Shown here: positions 37,894 to 47,895 of the stretch, one piece after another | Layout: every line of letters begins with the position of its first letter | Numbering within the stretch: position 1 is the first letter of the stretch | From: Candidatus Bathyarchaeia archaeon | GTDB taxonomy: Archaea; Thermoproteota; Bathyarchaeia; Bathyarchaeales; Bathycorpusculaceae | Length of the DNA: 64,000 bases | NCBI GenBank assembly: GCA_050010755.1 | Contig: JBEKKK010000001.1 | Span: forward strand, 896,001-960,000 | Direction: 5' to 3' | Made by a program: the position numbers and the translations under genes | The notes under the pieces: model-generated | The model's input: only the letters and a program-made list of their open reading frames with translations | Database searches by the model: none | Told to the model about the DNA's origin: nothing

Positions 37894-38295
37894 ATGTGGG
37901 GAAGGAGAAGGCCATTACCGGAGAAATCCTTGAACATGACTGAGAAACTGTCGAATGAGGAGTTCTGGAAACTCATGGGCATTCTGAAAAGTTCTGGTGG
38001 GGAGTGGCCTGGGGATAGAACACAGGCACCTGGAGAAGTGGCGAAATCACTGACGTGGAGAAGGAAAGAGTTTTGGAACAAGAAGAACTGTGAACCAAGG
38101 CGCAAGAAAAGCATAGAAGAAGCGATTAATACGAACGTAGCCAGAGAACAAAAGTCGCAAAAGCAACTGCTCACACTATGGAAGGATGGGCCCACGCGGA
38201 CTAAGGAAGAAATACCTGACAAAGTTTTTCAGATATTGCAGAAGCAGCACGGTGTAGGAGAAGACGATAGTCAAGGGGCTGAGGCTAACCGATGA
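37894..38295 (+). CDS. hypothetical protein
   Basis: 133-aa ORF with a GGGAG SD-like motif and protein-like composition. Confidence 0.5.
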   Translation: MWGRRRPLPEKSLNMTEKLSNEEFWKLMGILKSSGGEWPGDRTQAPGEVAKSLTWRRKEFWNKKNCEPRRKKSIEEAINTNVAREQKSQKQLLTLWKDGPTRTKEEIPDKVFQILQKQHGVGEDDSQGAEANR

Positions 38296-38390
38296 CTAAG
38301 ACTAAAACAAGATTGGTGGTAAGAGCCGTATACAGCAATGGTAGGACAAGGATAGTTAGTCAGTATAAATTCTTAGATAACATGGGTTAG

Positions 38391-38613
38391 AGCGCGCTTC
38401 ATGTTAACCGCAAAGTCTTTGAGCAAACTTCTAAATTCAAGATAATCCCTAACCTACTGCCCCTAACGTAGACATAAAGGATTCTAGGAGAAAGCTTCTC
38501 TCCTTTACAGTTCAATTTTGAACTGCTGAAATGCTTGAGGCATTGTTGAAGAAACCAAGCAATCAAACCCTTATTACCTGACTCTATGGTGCCTTAACGT
38601 CTAGCGCGCACGG
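38391..38613. repeat. about 220-bp dispersed repeat, copy 1
   Basis: Aligns along its length with 51628-51860 and is bounded by GCGCGC motifs. Confidence 0.85.
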
Positions 38614-38836
38614 AAGGATTTTAGTGAACATTCGAGCCAAGCTAGTGAAGAAAGGCATGTTCGGTGCAGCAGGAATAGTGCGCGCGAACCAGGCGAAAAC
38701 ACCCTCAGGCTGCTCAGTTGTTTTTCCACTTTATAAGTAAGTGTGCGTAGTATAGGGCAGTAGCGTTTTGTTGTTGAACGACGATAAGCACGGCAACTTC
38801 ACACGTTACACTCAATAATAAGAAGGATGATGGAAA

Positions 38837-39124
38837 ATGTCGGAAAAATCAGGAATCGTTTTCATAGGAAGCAAAACATCAATGGACTATGTTCTCGCGG
38901 TTATCACCAGACTATCTGCTGGCGATGCAAAGGAAGTAACCTTGAAAGCACGAGGACGAGCAATCGCAACAGCTGTTGACGTAGCTGAAATAACCAGAAG
39001 ACGCTTTCTAAAAGACCTAAAAATAGGCAGAATTGCTATCGGGACAGAGGAGATGCCGGCAAGGGAAGGCGAAAACAGATCACGGATGGTTTCAACGCTG
39101 GAAATAACTCTTGTAAAAGAGTAG
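38837..39124 (+). CDS. albA: Alba chromatin/RNA-binding protein
   Basis: VFIGSK..MDYVLAV, KARGRAI.TAVDVAE and VS.LEI.L motifs. Confidence 0.9.
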   Translation: MSEKSGIVFIGSKTSMDYVLAVITRLSAGDAKEVTLKARGRAIATAVDVAEITRRRFLKDLKIGRIAIGTEEMPAREGENRSRMVSTLEITLVKE

Positions 39125-39199
39125 GAAAACCTTGCGAAGCAAATGCGCTAACGCAATAAGAGTGAGGGACTATTTAGAAACGGGCACCGATGAAAAACA

Positions 39200-40462
39200 A
39201 TGAAGCTTGCTGTTCTGGTCTACGAGTATCCCCCAAAGATTGTCGGTGGCTTGGGAACTTATTCGGCTGAGATAACTCGTCAATTTGTTCTCATGGGCAA
39301 TGACGTTACAGTTTTCACTATGAATGATGATGCAGGTAGCCTACCGACGCGTGATATTTGGCACGGTATCGAAATTCATCGGCCGCAACACGTCGACATT
39401 TCTCAATCGTTGCCCGATGTGGTTGCAGAAGACATAAAGGGATGGGGCAGTGGGATACAGTGGTTCTCAAGAATTCTTATGTACAATTATCTGAGCGCCG
39501 CAAAACTCGTTAATGAGTTGATAAGAAAAGAAGGCGAGAAGTTTGACATTATCGTTGCTCATGACTGGCTTTCAGCCATAGGAGGAATGACTGTCAAGCA
39601 AGAGGCAGCATTGCCTTTTGCGTTCCACGTTCACTCGACAGAGAAAGGAAGAACGTTTGGAAAAGGCTCAGTTACGGTGAGCAACATTGAACTCCATGCC
39701 GGCAAGGCGGCTGACCTCATCGTGACAGTTTCTCACGCGATGAAGGATGAGCTGGTAGGCCTCGAATTTCCGAAAGAGAAAATCGAAGTCGCCTACAACG
39801 GCGTCGACCCAAAGAAATACGATCCAGCAACAGTGACTTCTGCGCAGATCAAGAATGTTAGAGCTATGTATGGTATCAAAGACGATGACTACATGATTCT
39901 TTTCATAGGCAGACTCGTTAGCGTCAAAGGCGTTGACAAGCTTATCTTGGCGCTGCCCCACATTCTGCAGAAAAATCCAAAGGCGAAGCTTGTGATTGTG
40001 GGTCAGGGCGAATTGCAAGAGTACCTGATGAATTTGGTCAAAACCACGAAAATGAGCGATTTCGTGAAGTTCCGTTTCGAGTTCATCTCAGAAGAGGAAC
40101 GCATTCTCCACTACGCAGCGTGCGACGTCGCAGTTTTCCCAAGCTTCTATGAACCCTTCGGAATAGTGGTTCTCGAGGCAATGAGTATGGAGCGACCGGT
40201 TGTCATCGGCGCAGCCGGCATCAGCGGTATGCGGGAGATAGTCCTTTATCACGGCGAGGAACAGTGCGGTTATCACGTAGATCCAAGCAACCCTTCAGAC
40301 ATAGCCTGGGGCATAAACTGCGTCTTGGAAAACGATGAGAAAAGAAAGTGGCTGGGCAAAAACGGCAGACGCAGAGTCCTGAAAGAGTTCACGTGGGAAA
40401 AAATAGCTGAAAAAACACTGGGGCTCTATGAACACATCATCAAACGCGCGCCCAAAAGCTAA
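39200..40462 (+). CDS. GT4 family glycosyltransferase (glycogen synthase-like)
   Basis: EYPP..VGGLG, AHDW, GRL...KG and YEPFGIVVLEAM motifs. Confidence 0.9.
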   Translation: MKLAVLVYEYPPKIVGGLGTYSAEITRQFVLMGNDVTVFTMNDDAGSLPTRDIWHGIEIHRPQHVDISQSLPDVVAEDIKGWGSGIQWFSRILMYNYLSAAKLVNELIRKEGEKFDIIVAHDWLSAIGGMTVKQEAALPFAFHVHSTEKGRTFGKGSVTVSNIELHAGKAADLIVTVSHAMKDELVGLEFPKEKIEVAYNGVDPKKYDPATVTSAQIKNVRAMYGIKDDDYMILFIGRLVSVKGVDKLILALPHILQKNPKAKLVIVGQGELQEYLMNLVKTTKMSDFVKFRFEFISEEERILHYAACDVAVFPSFYEPFGIVVLEAMSMERPVVIGAAGISGMREIVLYHGEEQCGYHVDPSNPSDIAWGINCVLENDEKRKWLGKNGRRRVLKEFTWEKIAEKTLGLYEHIIKRAPKS

Positions 40463-40557
40463 AAGCCAAGTGTTCAGAGCGCGCGCAACACTGCTGGTTG
40501 GATTTAGCTTTGCCTATGGAGTGTTCCTGGAAAACCGGTTGAACTAGAGGATGACAA

Positions 40558-40677
40558 ATGGCGTCAAGAGGATACATAGATTTCAACTTAGATTACTGGT
40601 GCGCGTTCTGTGGACGCAGAGTTCCTAAAGGACAGGAAAAACACGACGTTCTAGGCCGACCGATAGACTGGAAATGA
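40558..40677 (+). pseudogene. 5' part of a zinc-ribbon microprotein gene, truncated
   Basis: MASRGYIDFNLDYWCAFCGRRVPKGQEKHDVLGRPIDWK*. 40597-40676 is identical to the reverse complement of 47775-47854. Confidence 0.6.
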
Positions 40678-40743
40678 AACGCGCGCTAATATGAAAATAT
40701 CATTCTTTTCAGAAAACGCAAATGAAAGACAATCTTTGTAGGG

Positions 40744-41457
40744 GTGCAGGCTCTCTTTAGCGGCAACCCGCTTGGATTTCGAATTCATAAATTCTTTATC
40801 ACTTTGCGATTATATTTGTTGGATGGAAGTCTTGAAATGGCAAAGATGAAACAGGAAAGCATTGCAGACTTTCTGCATTGTGCTAGCCTTTTAGAAGAAA
40901 GAGCATATTCACTTTACAAGAATCTCGCCGACAAAGTGAATCTTCCATTAGTCAATGCCTTGCTGCTTCATATAGCGTACGATAGTCGCAAACATTCAGT
41001 ACTCCTCAAGGGAATAACCGGAAGCATTGCTAAACCCAAAAAGCAACCAAAAAACTACGAGAAGAAGCTCTTTTTTGGCAAAACATGGACTTTAATCGAG
41101 AATCTCGCAGAAGAGATTGCCAAAGAACAGAGGATACCCAAAAAGAGCTTGGCGTCATTGGTGAAGAAACTGATGCTCCTGGAGAGCACTGTTGGCCAAG
41201 AATATTACATCTTGGTTCAGCTGAAGACGCTTCAATACATGACTAGAGAAATACGTGAGACCTACAATGTGGATATAAAAGACCTGAGGGATATTCTTGC
41301 AACCATAATCAAGGACGAAGAGATCCACAGAAAACTTCTGTCAAAAATGAAGAAAATTCTTTTAGGAAAAGAAAAACAGACAGAAGATGAAGCACCACAG
41401 GTCAAGTACAAGAGCCCCGATTCATGGACAGCACACATACCAGCCGGGATAACATAG
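40744..41457 (+). CDS. ferritin-like / rubrerythrin-fold protein
   Basis: EE.A...Y, DSRKH and DEEIH motifs. Probable start near 40837. Confidence 0.7.
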   Translation: MQALFSGNPLGFRIHKFFITLRLYLLDGSLEMAKMKQESIADFLHCASLLEERAYSLYKNLADKVNLPLVNALLLHIAYDSRKHSVLLKGITGSIAKPKKQPKNYEKKLFFGKTWTLIENLAEEIAKEQRIPKKSLASLVKKLMLLESTVGQEYYILVQLKTLQYMTREIRETYNVDIKDLRDILATIIKDEEIHRKLLSKMKKILLGKEKQTEDEAPQVKYKSPDSWTAHIPAGIT

Positions 41458-41722
41458 CGCGCTAACGTAGTTACAAGTTCAACTTATAAGATGGGCCACT
41501 GACAAAGCACTCCCGCAAGCTCACATCAACATTGGACAAGGATTCACAGTTTTTCTTGGTTTTGGTTTTTCAACATCTCTTGGGTCATTGAGGGTTTTAT
41601 TTTGAAGCCATCCCACAAGCTGATTGTTATTTGTGTAAGGCTGTTTCCATGCTGTTGTTCACGTCTAAAACAGAACCATTTTTAATATTCAGAAAATAAT
41701 CTTATTGTAGGTAGTTAAGAAA

Positions 41723-42079
41723 ATGAACTCAAAGGCTATTCCATTCCAAGTCATAGATTGGAAATCGAAACCAAAAACAGAATATAGGGGGGATAAGGGG
41801 CTTGCTTTTTGGCAAACGCTTCAATTAGAAGGGTTACGAATCAGAATTGTTGAGTATTCTCCCGGTTATCTTGCTGACCATTGGTGCAAGAAAGGCCACA
41901 TCGTTCATTGTTTGGAAGGAGAGTTTGTCAGCGAACTTGAAAATGGAAAGAAATTTCCTATCGAGAAGGGAATGACCTATGTTGTTTCCGATGATGAAAG
42001 TTCACATCGTTCATCAACGAAAAACGGTGCCAAATTGTTGATCATTGATGGTGACTTTTTACATTTGAAATCTGAATGA
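41723..42079 (+). CDS. DHCW-motif cupin protein
   Basis: YLADHWCKKGH motif. Confidence 0.85.
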   Translation: MNSKAIPFQVIDWKSKPKTEYRGDKGLAFWQTLQLEGLRIRIVEYSPGYLADHWCKKGHIVHCLEGEFVSELENGKKFPIEKGMTYVVSDDESSHRSSTKNGAKLLIIDGDFLHLKSE

Positions 42080-42197
42080 AAAAGATGACACGCGCACTTT
42101 TATTCGAAAAACCCTAGGAAATCGGTTGATGCTGGTGCAACTATTTTGAAAGAATTAATAGGAAAGAACGCGCCTCCTGTGTTCGGAGACCGCTCCT

Positions 42198-42545
42198 ATG
42201 ATCAAGAAACCAGAGTGGAAGCTTAACACTACTGTCACAAAGAAGATTCGGGTCCTAGACAAGGTTGAGGAGGAACGAGAGATCAATGCGTTTGACTCAG
42301 AAATGAATATGCCCTTTATTCTGGATGTTCCAGAAGGAGTTTCAATGGAGGAAATAGAAATCGGCAGATGGTATCGTGCGACATTTAAGGTCTACACGTC
42401 CAAATTGGTCCCCGAAATAGAAGAAGAATGGTCTAAGGTTGCGAAGCCAACTGGAGGTATCCGCGAAGGGATTGAACGAATGAAGCAACCGGGAGGGCAC
42501 GGGACCTTATATCTGTTCGAATTAGTTTCACTAAAATCGACATAG
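42198..42545 (+). CDS. hypothetical protein
   Basis: 115-aa ORF with GGAG SD; its TAG stop begins a TAGCGCACGC motif. Confidence 0.6.
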   Translation: MIKKPEWKLNTTVTKKIRVLDKVEEEREINAFDSEMNMPFILDVPEGVSMEEIEIGRWYRATFKVYTSKLVPEIEEEWSKVAKPTGGIREGIERMKQPGGHGTLYLFELVSLKST

Positions 42546-42735
42546 CGCACGCAGATTCTTCCGTTTGAAACTGATTTCAGACAAATTTCACGCTGGCGCG
42601 CGCTTTTTGAATTTTGAAGTTTCCGATGCTTCTTTTTACGCCTAAGGTGTGAATTCGGCTTGGGTCGAAAAACAGTGGGTTCGCGCAAGGCTTTAATTCA
42701 AACGGGTTCAAACAATAAAGTGGAGGGACGGGCTT

Positions 42736-43554
42736 ATGTGGTGGAGAAAGAAAGAAGCGAAGAAAGAAACGAAGAAAGAAACGAAGAAAGAAACGAAGAA
42801 AGAAACGAAAGAGGAGTTTTTGTTGAAGCAGCTATGCGGCGACGATGCAGAATTGTATGATGTTCTGGGACTTTACTTGTATGAAGACCCTGTTGGGGCT
42901 ATATCAAGACAGGATCTTGATATCCTCATCGGGGAGGCAGAGAAAAGTTTCAAGGATGAAGATTATCGAGAAGCAAGGCAGAGATATATGAGGGCCATGG
43001 ATAAAGCGATTTTCGAGGCCACTCAAAATCCAGGGGAAAAAGGTAGGTACAACGTAGTCATCCAGGACCTCGCGTCGAAGACCGTAAAAGCGACGGAGAA
43101 AGTGAAAGAGATCGCAGAGAAGGAAGGATCCGCTGACTATGCCTCTAGCGCGCGTTCTCTGCTCGAAGGAAGCATTAAGAGATTTGAATTTTTGAGCAAG
43201 AGAAGTGAAGATGTTACAAGAATAGCTTCTCTCTTTTACAACGAGAGATTGGAAGAGTTGGGATCAATGGGAAGGAGAGAAGCCAGGAGACAAGAGAGAA
43301 GAGATGCTGATGTCAGAGAGGAAATAGAGGATAAGGAAGCAAGCAAGAGGCGAGAGGAAAGAGGAGAGGAAAGAAAAGAGATGGGAAGAGGAGAGAGAAG
43401 AGGAGCTCAGAAAGAAGACAAAGAAGAAGAGAAGAAACAAAGGGAGAGGCGGAACGCAAGAAAAAAAGAAGGAACAGAAGCTGAGAAAGAAGAGAAGAGA
43501 ACGGAGGAAGAAGAAAATGAGAGACGAGACGCGAGGAGAAAAGAATTCAGATGA
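42736..43554 (+). CDS. hypothetical protein with KKET repeats and highly charged coiled-coil tail
   Basis: 272-aa ORF with an E/R/K-rich C-terminus. Confidence 0.65.
   Translation: MWWRKKEAKKETKKETKKETKKETKEEFLLKQLCGDDAELYDVLGLYLYEDPVGAISRQDLDILIGEAEKSFKDEDYREARQRYMRAMDKAIFEATQNPGEKGRYNVVIQDLASKTVKATEKVKEIAEKEGSADYASSARSLLEGSIKRFEFLSKRSEDVTRIASLFYNERLEELGSMGRREARRQERRDADVREEIEDKEASKRREERGEERKEMGRGERRGAQKEDKEEEKKQRERRNARKKEGTEAEKEEKRTEEEENERRDARRKEFR
42748..42807 (+). repeat. 12-bp in-frame tandem repeat x5 (AAGAAAGAAACG)
   Basis: Encodes KKEA(KKET)4. Confidence 0.9.
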
Positions 43555-43741
43555 GTCGTGCGGTCGCGCGATTTTTTTATATGTCGGCTTCCAGAGCTAA
43601 AAAGACGTGCTTGATTGGCATTGGTGTGTTGGCATTCATCTAAGACTCGAATTCGGAAATCTCTAGGCCTTTTTATCTGTTTGAAAACGCACGCTCGTCT
43701 AGTTTTGTCAGCGATGATCGAGTGAAGAGGGAGTACGTTTT

Positions 43742-43966
43742 TCAGTAGTTGCCTTGAGCGCGGGCAAGTTTGTATTTTCTATCTGACTCCTCAACCTTTC
43801 GATCGCGATCTACCGATGCTTGCTTGATATAGTTGTGTTCGCTCAGATAGGCTATGACTATCGACCGGACAATCGCGGCGTCTTCTGTTCCAAAACCTTT
43901 CAGCGATCGAATTATTTCTATTTGATCTTTATCAAAAGTGACTAGTAGTTGCTGAACCTCTGTCAT
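43742..43966 (-). CDS. CopG/ribbon-helix-helix-like small protein
   Basis: QLLVTFDKDQIEII..L...G...AAIVRSIVIAYL pattern. Confidence 0.6.
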   Translation of the reverse strand: MTEVQQLLVTFDKDQIEIIRSLKGFGTEDAAIVRSIVIAYLSEHNYIKQASVDRDRKVEESDRKYKLARAQGNY

Positions 43967-44277
43967 GTTTTATCATGAGTCTATGTATAATTAGAAATAC
44001 TTAAGATTATTTGGCACACGCTTTAGCACATAACGAGCGTAAACGCGTTTTAACGCGCGTTGAGTGTGCGCTTATACGCTGAAGCAATTAAGCCGATATC
44101 CTTATAAGCGCGTATGCGCTTTATATCTTATGAGGATAAGCAAAGAGGATGGATGTACATTGATGACAGAAATAGGAACGATGCTTGGTATTTGGCAATT
44201 TGCTTATTGGAAGAACTTCTGACACGTGGGAATCGTGCATTAAAAACTGATAGATATACAAAAGGTTGGTGATTCAA

Positions 44278-44421
44278 ATGGGGCGAATTTGCGTGGAGCT
44301 TCCGGATGAGCTGGAGAAGAAGCTTAGGTTCAAGAGTATCGAGAGATTTGGCGGCAAGAAAGGCGACCTCTCAAAGGCTGTCGCAGAATCTGTGAGAACA
44401 TGGGTTGCCTTAGACAGATAG
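44278..44421 (+). CDS. ribbon-helix-helix microprotein (47 aa), copy 1
   Basis: Manually read MGRICVELPDELEKKLRFKSIERFGGKKGDLSKAVAESVRTWVALDR*, with GGTGA SD. Paralog at 48494-48733. Confidence 0.75.
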   Translation: MGRICVELPDELEKKLRFKSIERFGGKKGDLSKAVAESVRTWVALDR

Positions 44422-44671
44422 ACGCACGAGCAAACCGCACATCATGAAACGTCCCCCCCAACAAAAAGATCCACGCTTCGAGTTGCATTCACAACCACCA
44501 GAACAACTTTCTTGGGAGAAAGGATTTAGTGGCGAAGGGCTCTTTTTCGGCTTCCTTTCGCCTTAACCACCGGCGAATTCAATGTTCTTTGCACCCATCA
44601 CGCAAGCTTTGTATGATTAGCGCGCGCAACTTTGATATCGCATTGTTTATCCATCTAGCGTGCTTTTGTGG

Positions 44672-44953
44672 CTAATCTCTGTGTTCGTGGGATTCCTCTT
44701 CCGATTCTTCTTCCGTTTCTTCTTCTTCCTCGCTAGCTTCTTCTCCTGCGTCGCTTGCTTCTTCCTCAGCTTGTCCCTTTGGGGGGTAAGCCCCGTCTAG
44801 CCAGACCATAAACTGCTCTTTGCTTTCCGAATCGGAAAAAACCCACTCACACAGTTCACTGACGACGATGTTGACATCAATTTCGTGATCGTCGGCCAGA
44901 TGCTTCAGCAACTGCGTCCACTTTTCAGGCAGAGATACTGCTAACCCAACCAT
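44672..44953 (-). CDS. RHH-like protein with acidic tail
   Basis: LAVSLPEKWTQLLKHLA......VVSEL pattern and E-rich C-terminus. Confidence 0.6.
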   Translation of the reverse strand: MVGLAVSLPEKWTQLLKHLADDHEIDVNIVVSELCEWVFSDSESKEQFMVWLDGAYPPKGQAEEEASDAGEEASEEEEETEEESEEESHEHRD

Positions 44954-45080
44954 CTTGCCTTTTCACCATGGTCATGTACCAATCAAACCCGTATTTAAGC
45001 TAGCGCACGCGAGCACTGGGCACACTGGAAAGAAGCGCAGGGTAGCTTCCGAAAGCTGAAAAGAGAGAATGTTGCGGGTT

Positions 45081-45233
45081 TTACCTTTGTTCTTTCGTCA
45101 ATAACAGTCTCTTCGCGATCTCTTTGGAGATCTTTTCGAGGCCTTCAGCAAGTTCTACACGGGTAACCTCATCTATCGGATACGCTTTTCCATTCTTATC
45201 GACGAATGCGAGTTCCAACTTCCTTTTTTCCAT
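45081..45233 (-). CDS. hypothetical microprotein (50 aa)
   Basis: Manually read MEKRKLELAFVDKNGKAYPIDEVTRVELAEGLEKISKEIAKRLLLTKEQR*, with AGGTGA SD. Confidence 0.55.
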   Translation of the reverse strand: MEKRKLELAFVDKNGKAYPIDEVTRVELAEGLEKISKEIAKRLLLTKEQR

Positions 45234-45348
45234 TCTTTCACCTCTTTCAAATCCTATTGTTCACTCTTAGTCTCTTGCTGGAGCCAGCCTGGCTCGACGG
45301 AGAGAGCATCCTTTTTTTGTCAATTAATCCGCTCTTTCTGTTTCTTGA

Positions 45349-45549
45349 CTAGCGCGTGTGCGCTGACCCTGAATGGAACGTTTGTCCCGAATGTTTGGGT
45401 ATAGTGTGACTTAACCTTCCTTTGCGGTAATATGCCTTGAATGTTTTCTTGCATTTGGAGCAAACAAAAAGCTTGATGTGGAAATCCGCAAATTCCCACT
45501 CCGTCGATGAATCTGAGGCTTCGTTTCCACACCTAGGACACAGCACCAT
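45349..45549 (-). CDS. zinc-ribbon microprotein (possibly Cren7-like)
   Basis: MVLCPRCG....W....FHIKLFVCSKCKKTF pattern. Confidence 0.6.
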   Translation of the reverse strand: MVLCPRCGNEASDSSTEWEFADFHIKLFVCSKCKKTFKAYYRKGRLSHTIPKHSGQTFHSGSAHTR

Positions 45550-45719
45550 TGTGTGATCTAGTTTCAGTATCAGCAAAACCGAAGATAAAAGTTTCGAAAG
45601 TGAAGCTCATTGTTATTTTCAGTTGGGTCTGGGCAAGCTTCCATAAATATTTCATAGTTTGCACTAAATGCTAACCTAAGAAAATTCTTGCAACGAAAAA
45701 AGAAGTGGTTCTGTTTGGC

Positions 45720-46028
45720 CTATCTCAGTAATTTCATGCTTTCTTCGAGACTCATTGCTAATTTGATTTCGCTCGTGTTCCAAGCCATCCATTTTACCAT
45801 TTCTGGTTCCATTGAGAATTCTTGCAGAGCATCTGAGCTTGGGGCTTCATAAACCCAGATTAATAGATGTTCCGGGACGACAGTCCAAGCTCCAATCCTT
45901 TTGACTCTATGTTTCTTCTCGAGTCCGACCAATTTGGCCGGTAATTCCAGGGTCATGTTCTTCATTTTCTCATTGTTAAGCGGACAGTTTTCTGCGGAAT
46001 GTCTGGAGATTATCAGGAATATCGGCAC
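45720..46028 (-). CDS. small dimeric alpha/beta-barrel-like protein (DUF3303/GYD-like)
   Basis: H..ENCP...W...PEH.....EAPS pattern. Confidence 0.55.
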   Translation of the reverse strand: MPIFLIISRHSAENCPLNNEKMKNMTLELPAKLVGLEKKHRVKRIGAWTVVPEHLLIWVYEAPSSDALQEFSMEPEMVKWMAWNTSEIKLAMSLEESMKLLR

Positions 46029-46452
46029 ACAAGCACTCCTAAAAGTAAGAGTCTAGGAAAGTCGGATATAAGCTATTTGTGTGCATAAACTCGAGTCTAA
46101 GCCTTTGAGCGTAGTCTAAAAAGTGTTTACGCTCGTTATGTGCAATACGTGTGGAAACCAATTTAGAGAATATTTCATGGGAAGCACGTTGCGATTTGTT
46201 TTGAGCGCGCACAACGGCGGTTTGGGAAAGATTAGAGTGAGTAAAGAAACGACAGACAGGCATAAAACCTATCAATGACACTTCTCTCTGGCACACGCTT
46301 TTTTCTTTGAGCCCAACCCTTTTCAAGCATCAGAAGGGCCAGAGACCCACATTCTTACTTGCATTAACAAGCGCACCAATTCAAGTCCTAGCTAGCTGCA
46401 CACAGAAAAAATATAAGATAAATCCTGCATATAGGACTGTGGAGGAGTAGCT

Positions 46453-46971
46453 GTGCCTGAAAAAAAAGGAACGCTCGCGATTAAGAAGGCAAAGAAGCCT
46501 GTGCTTGCCGTTAGGAAACCTCAGCCCAGCGAGATTCGGAACTTCAACGAATTGTTGGACACTTTTCGGAATGAGTTTGGAGGTTACTTGTGGGATCCTT
46601 ACAGGGGATTCGAGTGGCCAGTCGAATATGAACTGCCAACGCGAATACCATATGTTGACGTTATCGACTCTGCCCACGAGTACGTCGTGAAAGCGGAGCT
46701 TCCAGGGTTGAAAAAGGAAAACGTGCAGATTGAAGTCTGGACGAACGAGTTGTCAATCACCGCTAGGTCTGACGTGGAGACGGAGGAGAAGGGAAAAACC
46801 TATCTGCACAGGGAACGGGCATTTTCCACGTTCCGCAGACGCATAGGATTTGGGCAAAGCATAGACACAGAAAAAGCGTCAGCAAACATGGCAGAAGGCA
46901 TCCTCGAAATAAAACTTCCCAAACTCGAGCCCAAAACTGAAAAGAAAACCAAAAAGCTAACACCCCAATAA
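46453..46971 (+). CDS. small heat-shock protein Hsp20
   Basis: P.VDV....Y.V.AELPG, ER....F.R and A...GILEI.LPK motifs. Confidence 0.9.
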   Translation: MPEKKGTLAIKKAKKPVLAVRKPQPSEIRNFNELLDTFRNEFGGYLWDPYRGFEWPVEYELPTRIPYVDVIDSAHEYVVKAELPGLKKENVQIEVWTNELSITARSDVETEEKGKTYLHRERAFSTFRRRIGFGQSIDTEKASANMAEGILEIKLPKLEPKTEKKTKKLTPQ

Positions 46972-47165
46972 ACCCCTTTTTTTCCATCTAGCGCGCACGC
47001 TACGGCGTGATAGCCTCAACCAAACCCAAAGAAGACTGGGAGAAGACAAGCCACCCAGCGGCGAAATGCCAAAAAAGCGAGGATTAGTATGGTTTCCCGT
47101 TCTTCTTCTTTTCCAACTCTATTTTTGCATACCCAAGAACTCAATGTGATTGAATAGCGATTTAA

Positions 47166-47273
47166 TGCGCGTGCGCTTGCTCAAATATAAAAGAAGCACA
47201 AGAATTGATTGAAGCTGGATTTGAATACGTTTGCACTCATGAGAATACAATGCTATTCAGAAAAAGAAAATAG
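47166..47273 (+). pseudogene. C-terminal remnant of an archaeal tyrosine integrase
   Basis: Reads ..SNIKEAQELIEAGFEYVCTHENTMLFRKRK*, matching the EA..LIEAGFEYV.......FRKRK tail of TACK site-specific integrases. No start codon or catalytic domain upstream. Confidence 0.65.
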
Positions 47274-47368
47274 GCGCGTGCTATGTCAGATAGTTGGGAT
47301 GAGATAGACTGATAGAAGAAATTTACATACTTAAGCTGCATTTTTCTAGTTTTGATAACGATAATGTC

Positions 47369-47698
47369 ATGCGTGCTGCTCGAACGTTGAGTGATAAACC
47401 AGTAACTTTCAATGAACACAAACTGGAATATCCTAAGAATAGGGTCTTTCGCGCAGAATATGATGAGAGAACCAATGAAATTCAAGTGGTTTTAATATCA
47501 TCAGAAGCAGAAATAGGCAAGATTTTTGACGAAAATGGGCAGATATATGCTTCGGCTTCTGTTTTGAAGAACTACTTACCGACGTTGTTTTTTTCCGATC
47601 TTGTCCTAAAGATTGAGCCTCTTAAGTCGGGTTGCAAAACAAGTCTGACTCGAGTCCCAGATTTAGAAACAGCTATAAGGCTAATATTTTCCCGGTAG
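47369..47698 (+). CDS. hypothetical protein
   Basis: 109-aa ORF with no recognised motif. Confidence 0.4.
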   Translation: MRAARTLSDKPVTFNEHKLEYPKNRVFRAEYDERTNEIQVVLISSEAEIGKIFDENGQIYASASVLKNYLPTLFFSDLVLKIEPLKSGCKTSLTRVPDLETAIRLIFSR

Positions 47699-47854
47699 TT
47701 TCTTTGGGTTTGGGGGTAAAGTTTTGTCTTTCCCCTGATTCTTGTTTCTTACTGTGTAACGGAGCAGGTGTCCGCATTTCCAGTCTATCGGTCGGCCTAG
47801 AACGTCGTGTTTTTCCTGTCCTTTAGGAACTCTGCGTCCACAGAACGCGCACCA
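47681..47854 (-). pseudogene. 3' part of the zinc-ribbon gene also seen at 40558
   Basis: WCAFCGRRVPKGQEKHDVLGRPIDWKCGHLLRY...; the N-terminus is replaced by unrelated sequence. Confidence 0.55.
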
Positions 47855-47895
47855 AGACGCCTTATATTGAGGGCGTGCTGTGCCAAGAGAAGGAA

